64,000 nt of DNA from Candidatus Eiseniibacteriota bacterium. GTDB taxonomy: Bacteria; Eisenbacteria; RBG-16-71-46. How positions within the stretch are numbered: position 1 is the first letter of the stretch; the number at the start of each line of letters is the position of its first letter. The translations under genes were made by a program, and so were the position numbers. Below the pieces are notes generated by a model. It saw only the letters and a list, made by a program, of their open reading frames with translations, made no database searches and was not told the DNA's origin. The stretch lies in assembly GCA_963725865.1 (NCBI GenBank), contig CAVSAC010000014.1:1-64000 (forward strand). The letters are read 5' to 3'. This document shows positions 1 through 11,099 of the stretch, piece by piece.

Positions 1-452
1 ATGACGTGGTTCGCAGCATGATGCAGCGGCTGCGGCCAGCGGCGCTCGACGCGCTCGGGCTGCGCGATGCTGTCGGGGAGCTGGTGAACCAGTGGCGGCG
101 CCGGAATCCGGCCACAGACTGCGAGTTTGAGTCACGGGGCGACCTCGCGGGATTGGGAGAACTGCTCAACATCACCGTCTACCGGCTGGTGCAGGAATGC
201 CTGACCAACGTCACCAAACATTCCAATGCGACGCAAGCGCGCGTCATGCTGGAACGCACTGGGCCTCACGAAGTTTGCGTGACCGTGCACGACAACGGCC
301 GCGGCATGGACCTGCAAGAAAAACGCTCCGGACTGGGGCTCGTCGGTTTGCGCGAGCGGGTCGAGGCGTTGCGCGGCCGACTGGAATTGGCCACAGCGCC
401 GGGCGCCGGCATGCGCGTGACTGCGCGACTCCCCGTAACGCCGGGCAGCTGA
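1..452 (+). CDS. Sensor histidine kinase, NarX/UhpB-type, C-terminal part (5' end outside window)
   Basis: LRPAALDALGL, YRLVQECLTNVTKHS, HDNGRG and GLGLVGLRERVEAL are HATPase_c motifs of HisKA_3 kinases. Confidence 0.92.
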   Translation, partial: DVVRSMMQRLRPAALDALGLRDAVGELVNQWRRRNPATDCEFESRGDLAGLGELLNITVYRLVQECLTNVTKHSNATQARVMLERTGPHEVCVTVHDNGRGMDLQEKRSGLGLVGLRERVEALRGRLELATAPGAGMRVTARLPVTPGS

Positions 453-460
453 GCATACAG

Positions 461-1144
461 ATGGCCACCGTACGTGTCATATTGATCGATGACCACGCTG
501 TGGTGAGAGAAGGTTATCGCCGCCTCCTGGAGCGTACCTCCGATATCGAGGTTGTGGCCGAGGCTAGCAGCGGTGAGGACGCCTACCGCCTGTTCTGCGA
601 CTTGCGGCCAGAGGTAGTGGTGATCGATGTCAATCTCACGGGCATGAGCGGGATCGAAGCTACCCGACGTATCCTGGCGCGCGAACCGCAAGCCCGAGTG
701 CTGGTGTTCAGCATGCACGAAGGTGCGTTGTTCGGTTCGCGAGCGCTGCAGGCGGGAGCGCGCGGCTACGTGACCAAGGCCAGTGCGCCAGAAGTACTGG
801 TCGAGGCCGTGCGAGCCGTTGCAGCGGGGCGCCTGTACATCAGTCACGACGTCGCGCAGCAATTGGCTTTCCAATCTTTGCCCGGCAAGGACACGCCTTT
901 GTGCGAGCTTTCACCGCGCGAGTTCGAGGTGTTCAGGTTGCTGGCGGAAGGAAAGTCGATCACCGATATCGCACGCGTCTTGTCCTTGAGCCAGAAGACG
1001 ATAGCCAACTATCAGTCCATCATCAAGCAGAAGCTGGAGGCGGACACTTCAGCGCAGATAGTTTGGATTGCGATGCGCAGTGGAGTGCTCGGCGGGTCAT
1101 CGGAGCCGGCTGCGCCGGGTGAGCTTCCAGATTCCAGCGGCTGA
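461..1144 (+). CDS. NarL/LuxR-family response regulator (MxaB/ExaE-like)
   Basis: ATG 461; receiver IDDHAVVREG...VIDVNL...TKASAP; LuxR HTH LSPREFEVFRLLAEG...LSQKTI. Starts 8 bp after the kinase. Confidence 0.93.
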   Translation: MATVRVILIDDHAVVREGYRRLLERTSDIEVVAEASSGEDAYRLFCDLRPEVVVIDVNLTGMSGIEATRRILAREPQARVLVFSMHEGALFGSRALQAGARGYVTKASAPEVLVEAVRAVAAGRLYISHDVAQQLAFQSLPGKDTPLCELSPREFEVFRLLAEGKSITDIARVLSLSQKTIANYQSIIKQKLEADTSAQIVWIAMRSGVLGGSSEPAAPGELPDSSG

Positions 1145-1208
1145 TTTCTCTCACGGCCCGCATCCTGCCGGTGTTCGGTACTATTGTTCCGCCGAGTAGC
1201 GATGCAAT

Positions 1209-1515
1209 GTAATGTTGATTCCAGTAACCTCCTTGAATTCGAGGTCGGCAGCCGCCGACTTTCTTTTTGGTCCCTTGCGATGCTGGAGTCGGCTAGTCCG
1301 AAAGCCGGGAAAACCTCCCGGACAGCGATTGGCAGCCCTCCCGTACAGTGCCGTCGACCCTTCCGTATCGTGCGCAGGGTGTCTCTCTCGGGCACGATGG
1401 TTCATTAAGTCGTCTGGAGCGGCCGGACCCTTGCCCCGGTGACAGCGGTTTCAAGGTGGTTGTCCACAACCGTTCTGCCGAGTGGGCTCGCCGCGTCGCA
1501 GAATTAGGAGCCAGG
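1209..1515 (+). repeat. Degenerate, internally deleted copy of 21714-22225 (promoter plus 5' fragment of the beta-hydroxyacid dehydrogenase gene)
   Basis: Shared blocks attcgagg-cggc-gccgccg, cgggaaaacctcccg, tggcagccctcccgt-cagtg, gtgtctctctcggg; translated GFKVVVHNRSAEWARRVAELGAR vs GFKVAVYNRTPERARRVAELGAR. Confidence 0.85.
1306..1320. promoter_or_regulatory. Candidate operator CGGGA-N5-TCCCG
   Basis: cCGGGA aaacc TCCCGg; the same palindrome recurs in other island intergenic regions. Confidence 0.6.
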
Positions 1516-1526
1516 ATAGACAGGCG

Positions 1527-1925
1527 ATGGATGCACTGATCGCTCAGCTGCTTCAGCTTGCCGTCGCGTGGACGGGCTACCCGGAGCCGATCCCAATCCC
1601 AACGGTCCAAATCGTTTCGGCACAGCAGATGCCGTGCCCGTGCATGGGTCTCTTTGAATACGGCACGCGAATCCAAGGCTATGGTTCGACTTTCGAAGGA
1701 CATGCTCGCCTTCTTCTTCGCCAAGACGTCGATCTGTCGACGCCGTATGGCGCGAGCATTCTCCTGCATGAGCTAGTGCACGCCCTGCAAGCACAACAGG
1801 GCGCTGCGCAGTACGGCAGTCCAACATGGCACCGCAGAGAACGCGAAGCTTATCAGGTGCAGTTTCGCTTCCTGCGCGCATCAGGCATGATGCTCAGACA
1901 GCACAGAGAATCCAGCAGCGACTGA
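1527..1925 (+). CDS. Hypothetical HExxH (HELVH) metallopeptidase-like protein
   Basis: ATG 1527; SILLHELVHALQ...REREAYQVQ; paralogous to 2198-2599. Confidence 0.7.
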   Translation: MDALIAQLLQLAVAWTGYPEPIPIPTVQIVSAQQMPCPCMGLFEYGTRIQGYGSTFEGHARLLLRQDVDLSTPYGASILLHELVHALQAQQGAAQYGSPTWHRREREAYQVQFRFLRASGMMLRQHRESSSD

Positions 1926-2197
1926 CTAGGTCCCACCAAAAGCGGAGCATCGGCAGGACGTCGGAATTTGGTGAGCACTGTCTCACGGCTGCCGCGCGCT
2001 CTGCTGGCCTGCCGTTGCGTAAGTTTCGCCCGCCCGCTCCAGCTTGAGAATGGCAGCGGGACCCGTTCCCGCCTGTGGCGAGAGCCGCTCCATGTTGCTC
2101 CATGTCGGACTCGCATAAGCTCCATGACGTCGTTGCATCGCGATGGTCGGCGCTCTGCAACCAATGAACCAATGGATGACATCGAAGGAGCGCCAAA

Positions 2198-2599
2198 TTG
2201 GACATTGAGATTCTTGCAGAGGCCTTTCGCGTCATCCACATGCTCTCGGGTTACCCGGTCCCAGACCAGTTTCCAGAGGTGCACCTGGTTCCTCGTCACG
2301 AGCTGCACGCGCGCATATGCCCGACAGGGTGTGGGGTAAAGGCGTTTTACCTGGGAGGGCAGGGTGTGTTCATGGACGAGACACTGGACGTGCGCAATGA
2401 TGCCGAAGCACGCTCGGTGCTGGTTCATGAGCTCGTGCACCACGTTCAGAAGATTCTTGGACGCTTCGATTCCTTGCCTGCCTGTCAGGCATGGTACGCG
2501 AGAGAACGCGAGGCCTATCAGATTCAAAACGATTACCTGCGCGAGCAAGGTTCGGCGACCCGTGTGTATATGGCCGGCCGTGTAAATAATTGCGTCTGA
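2198..2599 (+). CDS. Hypothetical HExxH (HELVH) metallopeptidase-like protein
   Basis: TTG start after gaaggag; SVLVHELVHHVQ...REREAYQIQ. Confidence 0.72.
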   Translation: MDIEILAEAFRVIHMLSGYPVPDQFPEVHLVPRHELHARICPTGCGVKAFYLGGQGVFMDETLDVRNDAEARSVLVHELVHHVQKILGRFDSLPACQAWYAREREAYQIQNDYLREQGSATRVYMAGRVNNCV

Positions 2600-2633
2600 G
2601 CAACCGCGCAGGACTGACTGTGGAAGCTTTCCG

Positions 2634-2975
2634 GTGAGCAGCATCTTTCGCGTCGCGGGCCTCGCATGCGCTTCATTTCTACTTGTGTGCACCTCGATTC
2701 ACAACGAGGTGCGCGCAGATGCTCTGCAGGTCGAAACTCGTCCCGCCATGGCGTGGCCGCAGCAGCCGGTCCTCTCGTGCGGTGCTCGGGTCGAATACGC
2801 GAGGCAGTTTCTGGTCCTGATGCAACAGGGGTTGCCGGAAGAGCGCATCCATTTCGCCAGCGACTGGGAGCCGGCCGAGGAACTCGCCGAAATCCTGGAG
2901 ATTCGGCGGCGGGTATATCACGATCGCGACGCGCTGATTGAAATTGTCGTATGTACCGCAGGCAGCGATACCTGA
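2634..2975 (+). CDS. Hypothetical secreted protein
   Basis: Signal-peptide-like N-terminus ending VRA; co-oriented with upstream ORF; no recognised motif. Confidence 0.5.
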   Translation: MSSIFRVAGLACASFLLVCTSIHNEVRADALQVETRPAMAWPQQPVLSCGARVEYARQFLVLMQQGLPEERIHFASDWEPAEELAEILEIRRRVYHDRDALIEIVVCTAGSDT

Positions 2976-2993
2976 TACGGCATCACCGTCCGC

Positions 2994-3519
2994 TCAGTGA
3001 ACGTCCGGGCGCGGATCGGGGACGAAACCGTCGCGATTTGGCATGCGAATCGCGGGCAGCGAGATGTCGTCCAAGACACCATCTGCCGGCAGGATCGAGT
3101 TCAGGTACAGCAGGTAGGCAACTAGGGCGTAGACTTCGTCGTCGCTCAAGGACTGCGGCGCATTGAATGGCATCGTGCGACGAACGTAATCGAAGAGTGT
3201 CGTCGCGTAAGGCCAGTAGCTGCCAATGGTCTTGACTGGCTGCTCGGAAAGGAGCGTGCCTTGGCCGCCAGCAAGGCGGTCCTCCGGCTTACCTTCGCCA
3301 TTCGCGCCGTGACAGGCGGAACAGCGCTGGGCATAGATGAGAGCGCCCGTTGCAACTGAACCGCGGCCAGGCGGCAGGCCAGCACCATCGGGTGCAACGT
3401 CGATATCCCACGCACGCACTATTTCCAGGGAGGCGGGAGTCCCGATCCCATAGCCTTCCGGCTTGCGCAACCGGAGTCGCGACCAGCATCAGAGCGAGTA
3501 CGCTACTACGCGTGAACAT
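2994..3519 (-). CDS. soxD: SoxD/SorB-like monoheme cytochrome c (frameshift near 3465)
   Basis: WDIDVAPDGAGLPPGRGS, CSACH, TIGSYWPYATTLFDYVRRTMP, MPNRDGF; overlaps the 3' end of soxC. Confidence 0.8.
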
Positions 3520-4757
3520 TCCCCACGCCCCCATCAAGGTCGACGCGCCAGCTCTGGATGCCGTTGTAGTGGTAGTAGGATTTCACGCCGCGCGCCGCGA
3601 TCAACGCATCGCGCCGCGGTTGCACATAGCCGGTATCGTCGCACGGCGCGGCTCTGCAGAATCGCGGGCGTGCCGTCCCAGCGCCACGGGAGGCGGAAGG
3701 CCGTGAGGCATTTCGAGAGCACGGGCTCTTGCAGCTGCGCTTGACGCCAACTGCGGCCACCATCGATGGATACATCCACTCGCGATATGCGTCCGCGCCC
3801 GCTCCAGGCGAGGCCTTGTATCTCGACGAATCCGGGACCTGGCACGTGCTGTCCACCCGACGGACGCAAGATCACCGATTTGGCTTCCATCAAATGGGTG
3901 AATTGACGCGCAGTCCCGTCTGGCATCAGGTCTGTGTACTTCGAAGTTTCTTCTCGGGTCATGAACGGCGCCTTGCCGAGTTTGATGCGTCGCAGCCACT
4001 TCACGCTCATGTTGCCTTCGAAACCCGGCAGCAATAGACGCAGCGGATACCCCTGTTCGGACCGCAGCATTTCGCCATTCTGCGCGTAGACCAGTAGAGC
4101 ATCGTCTAGCGCCTTGTCCATCGGGACGCTGCGAGTCATCGCCGCGGCGTCCGCACCCTCCGCCAGCAGCCATTGCGCGCGCGGATCGATGCCAGCCTCC
4201 TGCAGCACGATGGCGAGGGGGACCCCGGTCCATTCGCAGCAAGATAGTAGGCCGTGCGTGACTTGTACCGTCTTACCCAGACCCCCCCATTCCCCAGCGG
4301 TGTTTCCCGAGCATTCGAGGAAGTGCATCCTCGATACAGACGGAAAGCGCATCAGGTCCGCCATACTGAAAGTTAGCGGCCGCTCGACCAGTCCGTGGAC
4401 CAATAGGCGATGGTGCTCGGGCGCAATGTCCGGCACGCCGCCGTGATGGCGCTCGAATACGAGCCCATTCGGAGTAATGATTCCTCGCATGGCCTGGAGC
4501 GGGGTGAGGCTGGCAGCCGTAGTGGTGTTGACCCTCCCTGGAATCGGAATCCTCACGACCCCCGATTCGTGGGACGAGGGCTCGCCATAGGGCGGACTCA
4601 GGATTGGTCGCCCTTGCGCCTTCGTCCACTGGGGTATGAGATCGGGCAGCGCCGACTCGGCGGCCCCGTCGGCGGTGCGCGCTGCGCTCGGAGCCAGGCT
4701 GGCGGCAGCCAGGCCGGCGGATTGCCGCAGGAAGCGGCGGCGGTCGGAGGCATCCAT
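3506..4757 (-). CDS. soxC: Molybdopterin sulfite/sulfane dehydrogenase SoxC (Tat-exported; frameshift near 3645)
   Basis: Tat signal DRRRFLRQ; TPLQ, FERHHGG, FLECSGN, EQGYPLRL, REETSKYTD, GLAWSGRG, YHYNGIQSW. Confidence 0.9.
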
Positions 4758-5165
4758 GAGTGTCGGCTCGCTAGGGGGTGTCAAGCCGATGCGTGCAAGG
4801 CTCCCTCGGTCTAGAGCGATGCGCATCATGCTCGCAAAGGCGACAGTGATGGTGCCAGGAATTGCGGACCAGGCCAAGGCTGAGACGCGGCATCGAGCGC
4901 GGGGGCGGTTTCCTGGTTCAGGCCTATTCTGGCGGATCGTGTCGCGAGCCGTCTCCTGGTCGACTTCGGCCCACGAGGCTGTGCACGATGACAACAACGG
5001 CCAGAACGACGGCTACTAGGTAGGCAATGACCAGCGGCAGGAACAGTGGGCCGCCAACCAGGTCGAGGAGAATATTTCGCAACGTGCCGGGCATGCGGAG
5101 ATAGCAATGCCTCTACTGAATTTGAACTCCCATGTGCAGGCTGAAGTTGCGCCGCCGACTGTACC

Positions 5166-5366
5166 AGGGAAAAAATCCCGACAGCACCGTGAGCAAAGCT
5201 CGACGAGAGCCGGGTGGCAAAGGATTCGCGGCGTTTTGGCCGTCGTGGTCCGGCAGGCGCTGCTGTAGCGCGAAACTCAATGCCACATGCTGTTCACCGT
5301 TCGAAACGTGGTGCGCGACCGCAGGCCCACAGGAAATACTCCCTAGTCCCAAAGGAAGCATTCCCT
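5166..5366. promoter_or_regulatory. Three GGA-N5-TCCC sites in the divergent soxC/dehydrogenase promoter
   Basis: AGGGA aaaaa TCCCG 5166-5180; CAGGA aatac TCCCT 5330-5344; AAGGA agcat TCCCT 5352-5366 (last two 22 bp apart). Confidence 0.55.
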
Positions 5367-5532
5367 TATCCCGCGCGGGTCCGCAGCAAGATACTTTCCG
5401 CCTGTCACGATCTCGCCGCCACGCGCGGCCCGATTCGCCGGACCACCAGGTCATCAGGCCTCCGGGTAGATCGCGGCGCAATCGAGCTGACGACGCTCAA
5501 GTCAACGACACAAGGGACACAAGGGAGGACAA

Positions 5533-6837
5533 GTGTTCAAGAACTCATGCATGGGGTTGGCCGCGCTGGCCACGTTTCGGCGCGATCCACAGATGGCATT
5601 GGCCCTGGACGTGAAGCTGGAGGTGGTGGCGGAGGGGTTGACCCATCCGCTGACCATGGTCTCGCCGCCCGGAGACGACCGCAAGTTCATCGTCGAGCAG
5701 ACCGGGACGATCAAGATCCTCGGACGCCGACGGCAAGCTGCTCGACGAGGACTTTCTCAACATCAAGCACAAGCTGCCGCCGCTGAAGTGGGAGTTCGAC
5801 GAAGAGGGCCTGCTCGGCATCGCGTTCCCGCCCGACTTCAAGAAGAGCGGCAAGTTCTACATCGCCTACACCGCGCCAGCTGCGCGGCGACGCGGATCTC
5901 GGCAAGCAGCTCTGGTACGCGCACACCAACGTCGTCGCGGAGATGCGCGTGTCCAAGGACGATCCGAACAAGGCCGACCTCAGCTCTGCGAGCGCATCGT
6001 CCTGCAGATCGACTGGCCGCAGTTCAACCACAACGGTCATCTGGATCGGCTTCGGTCCGGACGGCATGCTGTACGTCTCGACCGGCGACGGCGGCTACGC
6101 CAACGACTGGGGCATCGGCCACAACGTGACGCTGGGCAACGGCCAGGACACGGCTTCGCTGAACGGCAAGATCCTGCGCATCGATCCGACCACGGCGATC
6201 CGCTACACCGTTCCGAAGGACAACCCGTTCGTCGGCAACAGCAACTACGCGCCGGAAATCTGGGCGATCGGCTTCCGCAACCCGTGGCGCTGCTCGTTCG
6301 ACCAGGGCGGCACCCAGGAGCTGTTCTGCGCCGACGTCGGCCAGAACAGCTACGAAGAGGTGGACATCGTCGTCAAGGGCGCGCAACTACGGCTGGCGCG
6401 CGCATGGAAGGCGCGCACTGCTTCGACTACGTCAACCCGAACACCCATCCGGCGACCTGCGACAAGGCCGGGATGACCGATCCGATCATCGAGTACAAGA
6501 ACTGCAGCAACCCGACGTTCGCGGCGAAGGGTGACTGCGAGGGCATCTCGATCACCGGCGGCTACGTCTACCGCGGACCGAACAAGGCCGTGGGACGGCA
6601 TGTACTTCTTCGGCGACTGGAGCAAGTCCTTCCAGGTGGCCGAGGGCGTGCTGTTCGCCGGCAAGCGCTCCGGCAGCACTGGACCAAGGAGAACGGTGAA
6701 GGTGACCAACATCCCGGGCTTCAAGGACTATCATCCTCGGCTTCGGCCAGGACAATCAGGGCAACGTGTACGTCATGGGTACGCGCATCCGCGGTCCCAA
6801 CGGCGAGCAGGACAAGATCTACAAGATCGTGCCCTGA
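5533..6837 (+). CDS. PQQ-dependent sugar dehydrogenase family (glucose/sorbosone dehydrogenase beta-propeller), several frameshifts
   Basis: GTG after gggagga; VAEGLTHP, QFNHNG, FGPDGMLYVSTGDGG, GKILRID, PEIWAIGFRNPWRCSFD, DVGQNSYEEVD, SITGGYVYRG. Confidence 0.88.
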
Positions 6838-6944
6838 AGCCGGTCAACCGCGGGCGGCTTGCCCGCGTTCACGCTGTAACAGCCGGGACACGGACGCGCC
6901 GCGCCGTGTCCCGGCCCATTTCAGAACAGCCGGATCGGAACACC

Positions 6945-7359
6945 ATGGAGAATTCAGCAGTGCGCATCGCGGGGATGCTGTTTGTCATACTGCTCGTCGG
7001 GCTGCCGGTGCGTGCGGAGGATACCCTGTGCAGAACGCAGCCGGATGCGAGCGCGTCGCCACCTGCCGGACGCCAACGCGCCGCTACGCCGGCACCGTTC
7101 CCGAAGGAGCTGCTGGGCAACCCCGAGTACATCGAGCTCGGCAAGGAGGTCTTCGACAAGATCTGCAAGTTCTGTCACGGCAAGACCGCCTACCCGGGCA
7201 AGGCGCCCAAGCTCAATCCCGTCGCGCTATACGCCGGAGTTCGTGTACGACCGGGTCACCAACGGCTTTCGCGGCATGGCGAGCTTCAAGGAGCAGTTCT
7301 CCGACAAGGAGCGTCAGGCCGTCACGGTGTACATCATGAGCAAGGAGTTCTCGAACTAG
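6945..7359 (+). CDS. Monoheme cytochrome c (frameshift near 7222)
   Basis: Signal peptide, GKEVFDKICKFCHG, distal Met in GFRGMASF. Confidence 0.85.
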
Positions 7360-7435
7360 AGATCTTCTTGCGCGGCGCGCGCCGCACGCACACGGCACGT
7401 CGCCCGTCGCGGCGGGCGATGCACGGGAGAATGGA

Positions 7436-8543
7436 GTGACAGGGACAGGTGAGCTGGTGCAGCTGCCACCCGCAGCGAGCGCGCCGGCCACGGTCCTGCG
7501 CGATCCCGGCGCCAAGCTCAAGCACATCGAGGCGTGCCTGACGCAGCCGGTCGAGTACCGCAAGCGCACCGGGTTCGAGGCGTTCGATCTGGTCAACCAG
7601 GCGCTGCCCGAGGTGTCGCTGGGCGCGCTCGATCTGTCCGCATCGCTGGCGGGCAAGACCTTGCGTGCGCCGTTGATGATCGCGCCGATGACCGGCGGGA
7701 CCGAGCAAGGCCTGGCGATCAACCGCCGCCTGGCCGCGGCCGCCGAGCACTTCGGGCTGGCGATGAGTGTGGGGAGTCAGCGCGTGGCGCTCGAGCGGCC
7801 CGAGCTCGCGCGGTTCTTCCTGGTGCGCGACGTCGCTCCCAGCATCGCGTTGTTCGCGAACATGGGCGCGGGCCAGCTGGTGCGCGGCTGGGGCGCGACC
7901 GAGGCACGCCGCGCGATCGAGATGATCGGTGCCGATGCGCTGTTCGTGCATCTGAACCCGATCCAGGAAGCGATCCAGGGTGGCGATCGGGACTTCCGCG
8001 GGCTCGCCTCGCGGCTGTCGCAGCTGTGCAGGGACCTGGGCCGCGAGGGTATTCCCGTGTTCGCTCGCGAAGTGTGCTTCGGCCTGAGTCCCGAAGCGGC
8101 GCGCCGGCTGATCGACTGCGGCGTGTCGGGCCTGGATTGCTCCGGCGCCGGCGGAACCTCGTGGGCGAAGGTCGAAGCCTTCTGCGCGCCCACGCAGCGC
8201 CGGCGCGAGCTGGGCATGCGGTTCGGCGAATGGGGCATCCCGACCAGTCGCTCCATCCGCAACGTGCGCAGCGTCTCGCCGCACGATCTGCCTGATCGCT
8301 TCGGGCGGGCTGCGCAGCGGCATCGACCTGGCCAAGGCCTTGGCGCTGGGAGCCGACGTCGGCGCCATGGCGCGTCCGTTCCTGCTCGCGGCGCACGACG
8401 GAGAGGCCGCGCTGCACCAGCTCATCGAGGACGTCCTGGAGGAACTGCGCATCTGCATGTTCGGGACCGGTGCGGGGGACGTCCACGCGCTGCGGGGAAA
8501 GGTGGAGCCCATAGTCACCTCGCCGCAGGAGCCTTTCGCATGA
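7436..8543 (+). CDS. fni: Type 2 isopentenyl-diphosphate delta-isomerase (frameshift near 8290)
   Basis: KLKHIEAC, APLMIAPMTGG, VGSQR, HLNPIQEAIQGGDRDF, REVCFG, GAGGTSWAKVE, WGIPT, ALGADVGAMARPFL. Confidence 0.92.
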
Positions 8544-8580
8544 TCCCGACGCACGTGTTCAGATCAAGACTCGTCAGACC

Positions 8581-9831
8581 ATGAAACGCGTATCCACGAC
8601 CAATAGCTCGCCCGCCGCGCAGCCTGGAGAGTCGGCGCGCCGTACCACCAGCGCTTCACGGTGGAGTACGACTATCCCGTGCATTTCACCCGCGATCTGT
8701 TCTCCCGCGACAACCCGGTGTTCCTGTCGGCGCTGACCCGCAGGGAACCGGACAAGCGCCATCGCTTCGTCGCCTTCATCGACGCGGATGTGGCGGCGAG
8801 CTGGCCCGCGCTGGCGACGGATATCCGAGCGCTACGCCGAGCACCATGGCGAACGGCTGAGTCTGCTCGCCCCGCCGGAGATCATCGTGGGCGGCGAGCA
8901 GGTCAAGCACGACCCGGAGCTGGTCGTGCGCCTGCAGCGCCGGCTCCTCGATCTGGGCGTCGATCGGCACTCGTACGTGGTGGGCGTGGGCGGCGGCGCG
9001 TTCCTCGATATGGTGGGCTTCGTAGCGGCCACTACGCACCGCGGCGTGCGCCACGTGCGCGTGCCGACCACGGTGCTGGCTCAGAACGACTCGGGCGTGG
9101 GGGTGAAGAACGGAGTCAACACCTTTGGAGTCAAGAACTTCGTCGGCGCGTTCGCCCCGCCGTTTCGCAGTGCTCAATGACGCAGCCTTCCTGCGCACCT
9201 TGCATCCGCGCGACCGCATCGCCGGAATCGCCGAGGCGGTGAAAGTCGCGCTGATCCGCGACAAGGCCTTCTTCGAGTGGCTCGAGATTGCCAGGTGGGA
9301 GCACTGCATGCGGGCGCCCCTGAGGCGATGGCGCGCATGATCCGGCGCTGCGCCGAGCTGCACATGCGCCAGATCGCTCACGGCGGGGATCCGTTCGAAA
9401 CCGGCAGCGCGCGCCCGCTGGACTATGGCCACTGGTCCGCCCACAAGCTGGAGGCCTTGACCAGCCATGAGCTGCGCCACGGCGAGGCTGTCGCCATCGG
9501 CATCGCGCTGGACAGCCGCTACGCGGTGCAGATCGGCATGCTCGCGGAGGGGCTGGATGAGCGCATCTTCTGGATGCTCAAGCGGCTGGGCTTCTATCTC
9601 TGGCATCCGGCCATCGAGCGGCGCGACGCAGACGGTCGCTGGCTGCTGCTGGATGGGCTGCGCGAGTTCCGCGAGCATCTCGGCGGCGAGCTGACCATCA
9701 CGCTGCTGCGCGATATCGGCGTCGGCGAGGAAGTGCACTGGATGGACGAAGAAGAGATAGTCCAGGCTATCGCGTGGCTGCGCAACCAGGATGCCGAGCA
9801 ACGATGCTCGATGGCGGGTGCGGCCATTTAA
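8581..9831 (+). CDS. eboD: EboD-type 3-dehydroquinate synthase-like sugar-phosphate cyclase, copy 1 (frameshifts)
   Basis: [93 protein letters not shown]. Confidence 0.88.
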
Positions 9832-11009
9832 CCTATTGCAGCAACATCCATCCTGGGGAGACCTGGGCCGAGGTGCGGCAAAATCTCGAGTTGCATCTGC
9901 CGCCGATCCGAGCGCAACTGGCGCCGGGCGAACCCTTCGGCATTGGCCTGCGTCTGTCGGCCCAAGCCGCGCAGGCACTTGTGCGCCCTGCCGCGTTGGC
10001 CGATTTCAAAGATTTTCTCTTGCGTGAGCGCTTCTACGTGTTCACATTGAACGGTTTCCCCCATGGCACATTTCACCGTAAGCGAGTCAAGGAAGAGGTG
10101 TATCTTCCCGACTGGGGCAACATCAGGCGTATGCAATACACGGACCTGCTCGCGGACCTGCTGGCAGAGCTACTGCCGGACGAGTGCGGTCTGATCGGCA
10201 GCATCAGCACCGTGCCCGGTGCATTGAAGTCGAATGCGAGCACGCCCGAATCAGTGCAGCGCATCGTTGACCTGATGGTGAGGCATGCAGCCCACCTCGT
10301 GCAGTTGAGAGCGCGCACGGGGAAGCGCATCACACTCGCAATCGAACCAGAGCCCTGCTGCATGCTCGAAACAGTGGGGGAGAGCGTCGCGTTCTTTCGC
10401 GATCATCTGTTCTCCGGCGCCGCGGCGAAGCGACTTTCACAACTCACAGGGCTCAGCCAGCGCAACGCGCAGGAAGCTTTGCACGAACACCTCGGGCTGT
10501 GCCTCAACCTGTGCCACGCTGCGGTGGAGTTCGAAGATCCAGAAGCGTGCGTCAGGCAGCTCGCCGACGCGAACATAGGCGTCTACAAGCTGCACGTCAC
10601 CGCGGGGCTGAGGCTGCCGAAGCTATCCTTAGAGGCGCTTGCGGGCGTGAGGCAGTTCGACGACCCGGTCTACCTACATCAGGTCGTGGAGTTGGGTCCG
10701 GCTGGAATCCGGCGCTACGTCGACCTGCCCGAAGCCCTTAGCAGCCGTAATATGCGAGTGGGCCGAATGGACGCGAGTGGCGCGTACATTGCCATGTTCC
10801 TGTCGTCATCGACGACATGGGCGCGTTCTCATCGACACAGGCGTTCATCCGCGAAATACTGCGCTTGCATCGCACCCGACCTGTCTCCGCGCATCTCGAG
10901 GTAGAGACCTACACCTGGGCCGTATTGCCGCCGCACCTGCGCACCGGAGACATCGATCTGGCCGATCCCGCGGGAGCTGGCCTGGGTGCGCAACGAACTG
11001 GCCGCGTGA
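9804..11009 (+). CDS. eboE: Metabolite traffic protein EboE (xylose isomerase-like TIM barrel), copy 1
   Basis: [62 protein letters not shown]. Confidence 0.9.
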
Positions 11010-11060
11010 CGCTGCCGTCGCGCGCAAGCTCCGGCGCATCTCCAACCGGCCCAACGCGGC
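11006..11060 (+). pseudogene. 5' remnant of an eboC prenyltransferase
   Basis: aagctccggcgcatctccaaccggccc (KLRRISNRP) matches the eboC start aagctcgggcgcatctccaacctgccc (KLGRISNLP) near 30193; similarity then stops. Confidence 0.65.
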
Positions 11061-11099
11061 CGGTATGGCGCGTGCTGTCGCGATGGTGTTCCTGAACCC

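Noticed and set aside
8581..9831. Housekeeping aroB
   Set aside because: The [17 protein letters not shown] motif and adjacency to eboE indicate EboD; no aroK nearby.
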